Positions 33,701-44,504 of a stretch of DNA of 64,000 nt are shown here, piece after piece. Under the pieces are notes generated by a model. That model was not told the DNA's origin and did no database searches. It was given only the letters and a program-made list of their open reading frames with translations. Made by a program: the position numbers and the translations under genes. Position 1 is the first letter of the stretch; each line of letters begins with the position of its first letter. The DNA comes from Balanoglossus misakiensis (taxonomy: Eukaryota; Animalia; Hemichordata): positions 5,330,849 to 5,394,848 of the forward strand of contig CM082583.2 of NCBI GenBank assembly GCA_040954595.2, given 5' to 3'.

Positions 33701-35871
33701 TCCTCTCTTGACAGAATACGCCGGTCGGTTCATTACATTCCACAGACGGGGGTGCCATATCACCAATGCCAATACCAGGCAGGGACAGGCACCAGCCAAG
33801 GGTAAGTTAAAAAACCCTGCATATAATATACCTAATATATTCCTGTTTGTTCTACGCTTAAAATTCATTTGATATTGTCCAGAATTCTAGTAAACAACTG
33901 AATATATTATGAAGAGTGCTGTTCACAGAAGCGGGACAAAGAAGTGTTGGTTGTCGAGCAGCAAACACAATCCACCGACTGTATTATGGTTTGTTTTTTT
34001 CCTGGCCAGAATGAAAAGACTTCTCATTGAAATTTGAGCCCGAGTCTGAGTCTGAAAAGTCTGGGGTGAAGTCCCTTTGCATCACTCCCATTGTCAGGGG
34101 AAACAATTTAACATAACTCCTGACCATTTTGTCCTTGCCAACCAGTACGTCAACTCAGGCTTGTGGTCTCTTTGAATAGACATCGGCTCGTGTATGTCAT
34201 GCAAGGGTGATGTGAGCCGTGGGAGAAAGGGCAATGTCCTCAGGTGGTATGGGCCATCAGTATCACGAGTAGTACATATCAGATCTTTGGATCTCTTTTC
34301 AGAAACACGTTTTTTTTTCTGCAGTTTTTTCTCCCTGAAGGGAAAGTTAGAAATGATGAATCTATTTTAGCTCATTTATACGTCTGTCACCACAAAGAAC
34401 AGAGAGACCTTTGTATGGTACCTCCAAATGCTGCATGCGTTTTGTGAGACGTGTGTTTTCTGTGTACTGTGAACTGTGGTTGTTAGAGCTTACACTTTCT
34501 TGTTGACATAACATATGACATGTTTTTAGTCATTGTATACCAGAAATTATGCCACAAGTATTCACATGTCCTAACCATTACTGTGGGCTAAATTTTAAAT
34601 GGAGTCGCAGCCTCTAATCCAAATTTTTGAATGGGCTCATGGGCTCATTCTATCTTTTTAACTCTCCTCATTTTCATTGTTTGTTCCCTTTTTAAAATTA
34701 ATATACTATTCAAAGAATATTAACTTACTATGGTGTAAAGAACATGCTTCACTTGCAGCAGACAGAGATAATATTATTGAGATCAGTTCGCTATTATGTC
34801 ATGTATCCTTCGTATGTGGAGTTAGTTGCTGTCGCACAGTAATTCTTCCCTTTGGCAGGTACGCAATATTTTGTAGGAAAAATATAAGTTATTCAACTAA
34901 CCTGGAAAACTCATCTTTTTGTTACATTGCAGGATCGCATCAACAGACCAGGGGCGTGGGGCGAGCAGCACCAAGCCCTTCACAATCAGCAGAACTTGGC
35001 GCCTCACCTGACGCCCGCCGACAGACTGGGCGGCTCGTGCCAGGTGGTCAGCTCCACCAACGGGGAACTGGCCACGGACGACCCGACGGCCGGTCACTCC
35101 AACGCGCCGATAACGCCGCAGGCCGAAGTGGAAGTTGTAGACGAAACAAAGTATGTGTAAGTCTCTCTGTCTCTCTCTCTCTGTCTCTGTGGCTTTGGGT
35201 CTCTCTCTCCCTTTCTTTCTTCATCCCATCTTGACATCTGCCGGGCTGCGTTCAACTGGGTGTACATGTACATGTAAGTCAGATCTGCATGAGGAACTAC
35301 ACACGCGCACATAGTGTAGATTGCTTCACTCTCAACTTCTCCTTTTAACATGATCATCCTTCACACTTCTGGTGGCTTTTTTCCCTCATTGCATGACTTT
35401 GTTAAAATCTAAAACTTCAGTTACGGTTTTGGTATTTGTGTCTTCCACTGAATTTATGACTTTCTTCTAACATTGTCACTTATGACTACTGAGCTGTTGA
35501 AAACATGTCAGAATATAATATGTGTCGCTGCCCCTAAGGTTATGACAACAGCAAACTTCTGTGATGGGCATCGTAGCATCATAGTGTGCAATGCTGGACT
35601 TATCGCCGAAACGCCGTTGATAGTGTCACAGCGGTTTTACTAGTGCAGATATAGTGCTGCAGCTGGCTGACCAAAATTAATATAAAGTCCTCCATGATGT
35701 TATGAAAAACTTATATCATCACGTTATCATTTTGATTGACATCAGAGACTGCCAATCAGTATCATCTTCCTCATCAATGACCGTCTCTCACTCTTCCTCC
35801 CTCCCACCACCGACAGATGTTGCTGTTTCTTCAAGAGAAGGAAAAAGAAGAGCAGCAGTCGACGCAAGTGA
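3962..35871 (+). CDS. CSNK1G: Casein kinase I gamma (gilgamesh orthologue), complete, 11 coding exons, 1359 nt / 452 aa
   Basis: Exons 3962-4148, 4382-4422, 4616-4685, 28530-28678, 29836-30070, 31648-31733, 32940-33024, 33368-33513, 33715-33801, 34933-35150, 35817-35871. CK1 motifs [58 protein letters not shown]; gamma-specific C-terminus [13 protein letters not shown]. Confidence 0.98.
4382..4422 (+). CDS. CSNK1G: CSNK1G coding exon 2
   Basis: [14 protein letters not shown] (catalytic Lys); CAG / GTAAGT. Confidence 0.95.
4616..4685 (+). CDS. CSNK1G: CSNK1G coding exon 3
   Basis: [23 protein letters not shown]; CAG / GTACAG. Confidence 0.95.
6573..6889 (+). mobile_element. Palindromic non-autonomous element, family A, copy 1 (143-nt hairpin plus 25-nt inverted-repeat pair; possibly Crypton-like)
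   Basis: Hairpin 6576-6718; second IR 6717-6741 / 6865-6889; near-identical copy at 9564-9879; no TSD. Confidence 0.85.
9564..9879 (+). mobile_element. Palindromic non-autonomous element, family A, copy 2
   Basis: About 5 differences from copy 1 over ~317 nt, same orientation, unrelated flanks. Confidence 0.85.
10453..10898 (-). mobile_element. Palindromic non-autonomous element, family B (16-nt IR pair plus 129-nt hairpin)
   Basis: IR TTATTATTATACATCT 10453-10468 / AGATGTATAATAATAA 10755-10770; hairpin 10770-10898; CpG-rich spacer with direct repeat GTTTCAAGGCGCCC at 10551 and 10604; no TSD. Confidence 0.8.
15763..15794. repeat. Poly-C tract (32 nt), longest of many C/G homopolymers in the window
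   Basis: Directly visible. Confidence 0.9.
21374..21463. mobile_element. ~90-bp TTAA-flanked mini-element (piggyBac-like ends), degenerate
   Basis: TTAA...TCACCAGCATGGTTTGGTC...CCATTTTCTATG...GTGAAAGGG-TTAA; similar to 47147-47239. Confidence 0.6.
23754..24542. mobile_element. PIF/Harbinger-type MITE, 789 bp
   Basis: ~45-bp TIRs GGCTGCATTCACAAACACCTCTGGAGGGGGGG..GGAGAATT; TTA duplicated on both sides (23751-23753, 24543-24545); internal ~55-bp repeat at ~24085 and ~24305; no ORF. Confidence 0.9.
28530..28678 (+). CDS. CSNK1G: CSNK1G coding exon 4
   Basis: [50 protein letters not shown]; long pyrimidine tract, GTAAGT donor. Confidence 0.96.
29836..30070 (+). CDS. CSNK1G: CSNK1G coding exon 5
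   Basis: [25 protein letters not shown]...IDFGLAKEY...[17 protein letters not shown]; GTGAGT donor. Confidence 0.96.
31648..31733 (+). CDS. CSNK1G: CSNK1G coding exon 6
   Basis: [29 protein letters not shown]. Confidence 0.96.
32940..33024 (+). CDS. CSNK1G: CSNK1G coding exon 7
   Basis: [28 protein letters not shown]. Confidence 0.96.
33368..33513 (+). CDS. CSNK1G: CSNK1G coding exon 8
   Basis: [49 protein letters not shown]. Confidence 0.95.
33715..33801 (+). CDS. CSNK1G: CSNK1G coding exon 9
   Basis: [29 protein letters not shown]; strong ACAG acceptor and GTAAGT donor, phase 0-0. Confidence 0.88.
34933..35150 (+). CDS. CSNK1G: CSNK1G coding exon 10
   Basis: DRINRPGAW...[36 protein letters not shown] (CK1gamma C-terminal signature). 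Confidence 0.93.
35817..35871 (+). CDS. CSNK1G: CSNK1G last coding exon (palmitoylation / polybasic membrane anchor)
   Basis: (K)[20 protein letters not shown]. Confidence 0.95.
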
Positions 35872-38800
35872 CTGGTCCCGCACGACTACGAGCTTGGCAG
35901 CCTGCTGGCCGGAAAGGCTTCACCCTAAGAAGTCATGGTGCTTTTCTAAACTGAAGGCAATGTGTGACAGATTTGCAGAAGGAGAGAGAGAGAGTATATC
36001 AATCCAGAAATGTGTTATTAAAAAAAAACAAAGCATTCAAGTCCTTGGCTTTTTCCAGCAGTTTTTACAAACAGAAGACAGTGTGAAATTATCGCAGAAA
36101 TTCATAATATAAAAACTCAAACTTTTTTTTTCTGAAATAAAGAACTGCCAAATTTTAACCAAAGCATCATCATTTAATTTTTGTTGCCCTGTCTTCTTCT
36201 TTTTTTTCTTTGTGTGTTGGGCGGGTAATGTAAAGATTTCAATGGTTCCAGAAAACTTACTTCAACCTGAGAGAGGTTAACAAATTGTGTAATATTTAAA
36301 AATTGGATGGAAAGTGGAAAGCTTTGAAATGTATTTAGTCGGACGCATTCTAGGAGTTGTTGGGTTTTTTTTCGTTTCCTCAGAGCCAGCTGACAGTGTT
36401 AAATGTAGAAAGACTTGAAGTTGGATTTACACTTTGATGTAAGGAGTTTGCTTTGCAGAAATGTTGACAGCTTGGCTGTGATGATCATTCAGATCGTGGA
36501 ATGTATTCCTCTGCCTTGTGTAGAATTCTTTTTGGGCGCTGCACATGATGTGCTAAACATGGCGCCAGTGATAGAACAAAAAATCACAGATTCATCATCA
36601 ATGAGGTGAGAACAGAGGGTACTTGTATGCCTGAGTCTCAGTAGCACATCTGTAGTGTAGTATTCAGAACCCAACTTCACACAGTCAGGCTAAATCAAAA
36701 AATAAGTTTCTTGTACAGGTATGATCATGTTTTATCAGCAGACAATTTATTTAGTTGTACATATTACTTTTTTTTTTTTCAAAAACCAGCACAGTTGTGC
36801 TATAATGGCTGTTTACAATAGACATGGAAAACCGCTGTTATCTGATTTTATTTACACTGTCAATGTGAAGAATTTTGTAGTGTATTTTCTTTTATTTGTC
36901 CTCCTCCCCCTTAAAAATGGGTTGTTTTGTAGATTTTATCTGTGCAGCCACAAAAGACTGTGTCTGTGAGATGTACCTGGAGTTGTACTGTTCACAGATA
37001 TGGCCTAACAGTAGACCATTTTCAGAGCTCGACGAGACCCTGTATGATCTCGCGTGGCTAAGCAGTTTGTATGGGTGAACATTCTTATGTGACACAGGAC
37101 ACAAACAGCACATGGTCCGTCCATCAATAAACGGCACAAAAGCTTGACTTGTATAAAACTTAGCAGGAAACTCCTTGCTAGGTTATGAACCAAGTCCTGC
37201 GAGATCTCGCAGTGAGCGGAAAATCGTCTATTGAAAGCTCTGAAACGGGCTGAACATGTTGTGTTGGCAGGCCTAGAAGATGTGGGGAGGGACAGTTCAC
37301 AGCCAGATCTTTTCTCGAAGCGTTTAGTTTTCTGGGTTCATATTCTTAGCAAAGGGAACGTCCCCAGCAACATTTCTTGACACATTTCTGATCTGTATAA
37401 AGATTTCCACGAATAATTTGAATCATATATTTCCAGCTGTTGTAAATTTCAGTGAATCGTTATCAGTGAGTGGTCAACTTTTTTTATAGGAAAAATAAAA
37501 CACGAAAAAAAAAATATCACTTCCTCAACTTTGCCACGGAGAACATTTATCCTTGATGTTGAACAAGCCCTTGCTATATATGACGCACCAGAAAGCATTT
37601 AATTTTCACGTCTCGTGATCACCAGTTGAAAACAGTTATGGTCAGTGACTTAAAGCGGTCACATTGTCAGTATTCTTAAGTAGTCTTTAATTCAACAGAA
37701 CATGTAAAGTATTCAGTCTGTAGCGGTGTGCCACCCAGCTCACCGACAAAAATAATGCTTGTACATAAACACAAACGTTTCAACATTCTAAGATTACCTT
37801 TCAGCCAGTCTTGGATATTTTTAAAAAAAAGATAAACAGGAAAATGTGACATTCTTGTTGACCTCACAGGAGGAAATGAAGTTTCAATGACAGAACCCAT
37901 GAGATGATTTTATAGGGTCTGTGTTGTGTTCGAGAGTAGCCAAGTCCAATCTATGTCTTACATTTATAAGCAGTGAGCCTGCAGGTAGTTTTTATATAAA
38001 ACAGGGGGCACGGTCATGAAGTAATTTTTTCCAGTCCTGGTGACTGGATTTCTGAGATATAAGCTACCCTTTATGCAGCACTGTACAGATCAATTTACTC
38101 TGAAAACAAAAAATTTATAAAATCATGTGTTATTGACGACGAGCCCTGGAGACAAAACTCCAGACTGAAAAGGTGTACTAGTATTTGTAATTCTTTGACG
38201 AACATCACTGTGTCTAATTTGTCGGATGCAGTGACATAAGTACATGAAGTAGAATGTTGTGAAATGTCGCACCTTTTATTTTCCATGTTTTTAAGAGACA
38301 AATTTTTGCTTGGCGATGTTTTTTTCCTGCCAATATGGCTCTGTACATCGTGTAAACACCATGTTTTTGTCTTGTGTTTAAATAAGTACTGGCAGATTTC
38401 GGAGCGTTTTGAACATCACTGTACAAGTGGCTGTGCTTTTGAGAAAACATGCTGACCTCTATACATGTGTGTATTTCTTTTTTTTCAATATCGACTCTGT
38501 CTGCTAATGTGTGCTTATTTCCAATTGCTACAGACCCACCTGTTTGTCTTGTAAAGACACTTTTTCTGCTTTATTAGTCCCCATAGACATAGTCCACAGG
38601 ACGTGTGTATTGGGTTCTATCTGTGTGCCGTCTGTCTGCAACCATGCCTGGGCTATAGGTTTCATTCAAACTGTGTACATAAACGATGTACATATCCATA
38701 TCAATAAGTATGCGATTTGATTAAATATGCCCAATATGATTCCATTCAAATCTGGTGCAAGACTGTACTTTGCTGTACATCCATGTATGTGTATCCCCAG

Positions 38801-41490
38801 TTTACCTTGCAGTAAAATCCAATATGGCCACCGAGTGGCCATTTTGTAAACTTGGTACAGGGACAATAATGCACTAAGTATGCATGCATGTGGGATTCTG
38901 TGGCATGACAACGTGATCTGACATGGCTTCTGTTGGTTTTAAATATTACCCGAGGATATACTTTATTACAAACATTTCATTGCCATTTTGCAGACATTTT
39001 GAATGATTTCATATGACACCATTATTCCCTGCTATTTCGTAATCCACCAATTCACCAGGGACTGTGTCATTGATAATGATCTGTTGGATAAGACCTAACA
39101 AAACTCAACAATGCTGAATTTTTACAAGTCTGTATCTCCCCTTAGCACCCGCAAAGATTTAGAAAGAAGCTGGCTACTAGCAAATGCTAATCTTCACCGC
39201 CACAAAGCAAGACATATGAACCGCAATAGGGTTAGGGATTTTAGTGGTTTAGAGGAGTCCCATTTTTGATGTGTAGAATAGCAAAATTTGAAACCCAAAC
39301 CTGAATGTGCTGTAAGGGAAAGTGTTTCCCCTTCTTAGGTGCTGTTTTTCGTGCATATGAAAATTTACTGATTTTCCCTCTTTGCCAAGCTCAAAAATCG
39401 TTTTGTTCCTGTCATCCATCAGTTACCATTATGCCTCATATCCTTGAGATATTTTGTTAATGGAGACGTTTTGTTGTCCTTCCACCTGACAAATCATTCA
39501 AAGTGGAAGCCTTAGCACTACATTGTTTAATATGCCTTTTGATTCTACAACTGAAAATAGCCAACAAGCAACAGTTATGTCAATATGCACGAAACTCGCC
39601 AAGTAGGTTGTAGAGTTGCCACAGACTTTTTGAACAGAACGATGCATAGTTGTCTCACACAGAAAATGTGTGCATTTTTAATGTGAAATGTAAATAAACG
39701 TTTGAACACAACACAATGAAGCATTCTTTTCTTGATGTTGGTTATTTTCAGTTGTCTTGTTTGTTTGTTTCTGTTTCGTCATTATTACAATGTGGATATT
39801 GTGAACACCACTGTGCAGGGGACAGAGATTGCCTTGCACACTGTGTACGACAAAACCCAAGCTCAGAGTTGCAGTCTTGCATTTTCACAGTTTTGTGTTC
39901 ATTTTTGTGCGCAAAATAATAGCACCCCCCTCATTCCAAGGCCATGCCTACATACGGAGAGTAAGACGGCAAACAGTTCTCTCGGAGTAGTCCTATGTGG
40001 TTAGCATGGCAACTGAGTGTCATTTCGAACAAAATTTACCAAAATGAAACGAAAAGCAGGCAACTCCGCGTCCATCTATTACCCCCTTGCACTGCATTAA
40101 ATTGAGATGTTCTCAAAAGGTTTCTGTGTTAGTTTTGGCTGAACTATTTACATCTTAGGGGTGGACTGGACAGCCCACTACAGTGCACTATATATTGCAA
40201 CAGTGAATCGTATCACGACATGTTTGCAATAGTCCACGTGATTCTAAATATTTTGTCCATGTTCTTGTATAGTAACATGTTTTCTAACATTTGAAATCGA
40301 AGCAACAGAAAGTTTTGGTGAAACTGATCAGAAAGATTGACATATTGTCACTATTATTAATATATGTATATGATTGCTTTACTGTTGCCATGGCAACTTG
40401 CATTTTGATTCTCACTGGATGGTTTTCATTTCAAATCCAGAACGTCTTCTGTTCGTAAAAACAATATCCAGCTCGTCTGTCTTTTTTGCTGTATCATACT
40501 TTGAAACTGAAGATGTTTAATTTTTTATCGTCCATCTTGAGTATTAAGAGAAAATTCCTTTTCTGCAGATTTTTTTCCTCTGGTTTTTATTTCTGAGATT
40601 ACCGCTGTACAGAAAAAAAGTGGGGAATGGGAACTGGTGTAGTCTTGTACATGTATCTGAATCACTGTCTTATTTTGAATCGTTTTATGTTGTGTAAAAG
40701 AGGAGTTTGAAAAGACGGGAAGATGATACGCAGAAACAGAGGGTTGGGGGAGGGGGGAGGCTACCGTGTCCAGCAGAATTTTGAAAAGAGAAAAACTTGT
40801 AGATAGAACATGTTCAAATAAAAAACAACTGTGCTTTCATGGCTGTTGTTGTTCTCTTTAATTTCAAGAGTCCCCATCAGCTTTCTATCTTGCAAATTAC
40901 GGCAGTCCAAACAAGCCTTTAGGTGGCTGCAGTTTTTTTCCAATATGCATTTTAGCACCAATCTCTCCACCTGGTTTAGGGTCACCCCCTTGTGCAACAT
41001 CCCTGTGGTTGATGGACCCATGGAGGGAAATAGGGGTAAAGTGCCCAAAATGAGTCTTGTCTATATACTATTGAATGGATTGAGTGCAGCTCCAACTTTG
41101 AAAGTGTATTTGTAGTTCGCAGTGGATGCCATGCTCTGTACGACCTCAGAGAAATCACCAGTGATTATACATTTTCACAGGTTTGGAGGTGAAGACATGG
41201 TTTTAACTACTTCCTGTTCATTCCCTATATGGCCATAGAGGGCTCAGCTCTCTACAAGAGTACCACATGCCACATGCAACTGAACTCTGCGCTATACACA
41301 TGATACACTACATTGTAGAACTTTGTCCAACAATAACCAGTTGCAATGAGAGCAGTAAGAACACACACATAGCATACCATTTTGATTTTATAATTTTATT
41401 GATAAAGGCTGTTGTTTACTTTAACTGTTGACAAAACACACTAAATTATATTCTAAAAAATCCTGTATAAAATAAATTCTGACAGCACAA
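35872..41490 (+). other. Probable long 3' UTR of CSNK1G
   Basis: T/G-skewed non-coding sequence after the stop. Candidate AATAAA at ~37494, ~39693 and 41471-41476; the true end is unknown. Confidence 0.45.
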
Positions 41491-42896
41491 ATGATATATT
41501 CTCACGACTGAAAATGTCAAAATCCCATCAACATTTCTTGTTTATGTTAGAACTTACATCTACAAAAGCAAGTTGGCAAACCATACGAGAAAGAAAAATC
41601 ATTATGTTAGAATTTTGTGACCAATGACAACTTCAGAATTAGTCAAAATAAAGTGGTTAAAAACACAAGACTTTACATGGCAGTGCAAATATTATTTAGG
41701 TGAGTCTGTTCTCAGAGTCCGACAGTATGGTGATGGCAGTGACGAGCTTTCTTGTAAAAAACCATAAAGTCTTGTTCTGAGAACAGGCTTCATTGATGGA
41801 AATGTTCACCTTCAGATAAAATGAAGTAAATTGCATTGTAAGACTTCTCAAATTAAATTTTTGACAAAATGGCAGTGGAAATAGTCCTCTATCACGAACA
41901 AATCGAATTTCAATCAACTATGTTTGCAGCAAAGGTTTCACAAAACAGCAAGAGTGTCCAATTAGACTATTTTACGTTTGTTTAGAGTTGGAAATCTCAA
42001 ACGGTGATGAAAACGGTACTATTTAAAGAGGAAGCAACGAAACCGTTAGAAATCAAAATGCTCTGTCGTGTAAATCAGCCATGGAAATCTCTCACACTGG
42101 AATAAAAAAAAAATCAGCTGCATTCTTTTTTAAAGACACATTCAAAGATAAATTAAATCTACGAACACTCCTGACAGTAGTATTTACATAGCTGGGATTT
42201 GAAAAACCATAGAAAAAAATTGTTGTAAAATGTCAAAGGCAAGGAAGGGACACAGGCACCTTATAAAGTACTTTGAAGTGATTCACAATTAATCTGGCAA
42301 GAGATAGACCTTGATGACTGACATGCGTGGGGGAGAGGGGTCTTTTCCAGTTTCATCAACAAAACAGCTATGAACAATGTCAAGTGACAAAGAGGAAATA
42401 GCCACTTGCATGGTCTCATCTTGATGAGGAGGATCCCACACTTAAACTTTAACCAGCTGAGTTTCAATTTGAATTCTAGATCGCCTTGAATATTGTTCCC
42501 GCCTGCCCTTCAACATCTCACATTTTGAAAAACAGGATGTGTTGCTTTCTATTGCTTCGCATTTCACGTTGAAAACACCCTTTCAAAAAAGGTCTTCAAG
42601 ACTTACTTGGCAGTGTTGCTTGTTGGTGGGGAAAATATGCTTTTTAAAAGCGCACAATAAGAGTGTGTTAAACTTCGTGTACGTAAAGTGGCTTAACAAA
42701 GTATGTACATGTTTGTATGGGTACGCATCTCATGCAAAACTAACGGGCGTTGCACTTGAGCATTCTCTGATATTGCTAAATTAATAACTGAACGTCTTTT
42801 CTGCAAATAATTTTACAAGCAGTGTAATTACTATTAGACAATATAACAGTACTGAGAGACTGATAAAAGTGAAGTGCGGAAGATGTGAGATATTAT

Positions 42897-43011
42897 CTAT
42901 TCGTCATCGTCTTCACTATCTGTTGCAGCATCTTCTTGGTGGAGTGTGGTAGTTTCTGTAGGAGTCGACGGCGAGCTACCTTCACACGCCGACGAGATTC
43001 CCTCTTTGCAA
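42897..43011 (-). CDS. PCLAF: PCLAF last coding exon (acidic tail)
   Basis: TTTCAG acceptor, phase fits; CKEGISSACEGSSPSTPTETTTLHQEDAATDSEDDDE-TAG. Confidence 0.82.
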
Positions 43012-44504
43012 CTGAAACAAAGATAATTTGGTCGTTATCACATTTAAAGATTTGGTTTCATACTTTTGCTGATTTTAATACACCTGTATTGGCCAGGTCT
43101 GGTTGGAATGTACTGTGTGCAACTATTTTCATTTCCGATACACATACCTGTCACTACTGGTACTACTTCCACTGCTGCATGCATATTCATTAGGCTCTGC
43201 ATTCTCTTTATCCAGTTTCCTCTTACCACCGGGTGACATTATCACAAACTGATTGATTCCTTTTTGCCACGACGGTGTTGGTCTCGGACAGACACTGTTG
43301 CCACCTGCATATTTGGCTTTTGCTCCTGTCGAGGGGGGAAATGGATTTATTTATAATCAAATGTCAACTATATAGCATTAAATTTAACTGGCCACTCCAC
43401 TGTTCAAAAAGAACTTTTTCTTGAATATGTTCTGACATACCTGCTTTTCCTGGTGATGTGAATGAAGCTGCTGATGGACTTGCTAAAACTTTCCTTGGAG
43501 CCTTGGCAGCTACGGCTAAAAAAAAAAACAGACACACACAGCAAAGTTTACAAGTATGCAAGGTTACCATGGAGATGGAAGTTACCAAGCACAGTACTGT
43601 ACTGTACAACAATGTTTCCTTTCAGACTACTGCCTACTGGTTTTATGTTTTTCCTCTACTGTCTATGGTATTGATTGCATTCTTTTGACTGCAGTGAACT
43701 GTATGGACACTCAAAGGTCAAGTGGTGACCCTGGTCCAATTCATCACAACCAATTTGTTTTGTGCATATGCATACAGTGATCAGATGTGTGCAAGTGTCG
43801 GGTGGGAAAGGTCACGAATGATGATCTGACCCAGGGACACATCGGAAAATTTGTGATTTTCTCACTGTTTGAGTAATCTTAAAACCCATATATTTTAACA
43901 AAACATGAAAAACTCTGATAGTGTTCCATGTACCAGGACTGGAGTGTTGCAGCTGATTTTGGCGCGCCTTTCGAGAGTTGCCTTTTCATACGCAAAAATC
44001 GCGAAAAACACTTCACACTTCAGAGAAATTTGACTCATATATGTTTTGAATCAGACTAGCCGAAAGGTGAGTTTACGAGTTTGAGTTTTAAAGGCATGGG
44101 TAGGTCGGAACACAGTCAACAGGGGCGTGCTTCATTTCAACGCAAGGCACGTACACAAGAAGTTGCAGCTGCCGGTGTCATGCATCACATTATGTGACAT
44201 TGTTTTCGGATTACACTCCCTTTAAAATGACTTCCAGCTGAGACCTGCGAGAGGTGTACCCGCCCATCCGTTGGAAGCATTTCGCAAAATTGTTCCAACG
44301 CGATTTTCACAGGAACGCTTGATTTTCTTTCAGCCAAACTGTGCCATGTCATTCGTACACTTGTAATCGACATGACAGCCACAGTGTCAATGTTTATATT
44401 TTGGGGTCAATGTTGTTTGAAGACATTCGGCGCGAGAAAATATGGTTAAATGTGTTTGACACGTTACCTTTTCTTCCACATCCGTCAGCTTTGGTTCTCA
44501 CCAT
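42897..44504 (-). CDS. PCLAF: PCNA clamp-associated factor (PAF15 / KIAA0101), complete, 4 exons, 134 aa
   Basis: Exons 44504-44468, 43515-43441, 43325-43148, 43011-42897 give MVRTKADGCGRKAVAAKAPRKVLASPSAASFTSPGKAGAKAKYAGGNSVCPRPTPSWQKGINQFVIMSPGGKRKLDKENAEP...DSEDDDE*. Family motifs MVRTKAD, APRKVL, KYAGGN, PTPxWQKGI (PIP box) and KEN box; head-to-head with TRIP4. Confidence 0.95.
43148..43325 (-). CDS. PCLAF: PCLAF coding exon 3 (PIP box, KEN box)
   Basis: GAKAKYAGGNSVCPRPTPSWQKGINQFV...DKEN...SSD; ACAG / GTATGT. Confidence 0.92.
43441..43515 (-). CDS. PCLAF: PCLAF coding exon 2
   Basis: AVAAKAPRKVLASPSAASFTSPGKA; TTTTAG / GTATGT. Confidence 0.93.
44468..44504 (-). CDS. PCLAF: PCLAF coding exon 1
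   Basis: MVRTKADGCGRK; donor GTAACG. Confidence 0.93.

Noticed and set aside
34677-35234. Longest ORF in the track (185 aa)
   Set aside because: Wrong-frame read across CSNK1G exon 10 and flanking intron.
35869-35871. Selenocysteine recoding of the CSNK1G TGA
   Set aside because: The position matches the normal family C-terminus and I could not identify a SECIS by eye; ordinary leaky readthrough is the simpler hypothesis.
37197-37212. 16-bp perfect palindrome CTGCGAGATCTCGCAG
   Set aside because: Isolated and short; no supporting structure.
42885-43229. ORFs 42885-43193 (+) and 43044-43229 (-)
   Set aside because: Antisense or off-frame shadows of PCLAF exons 3-4.
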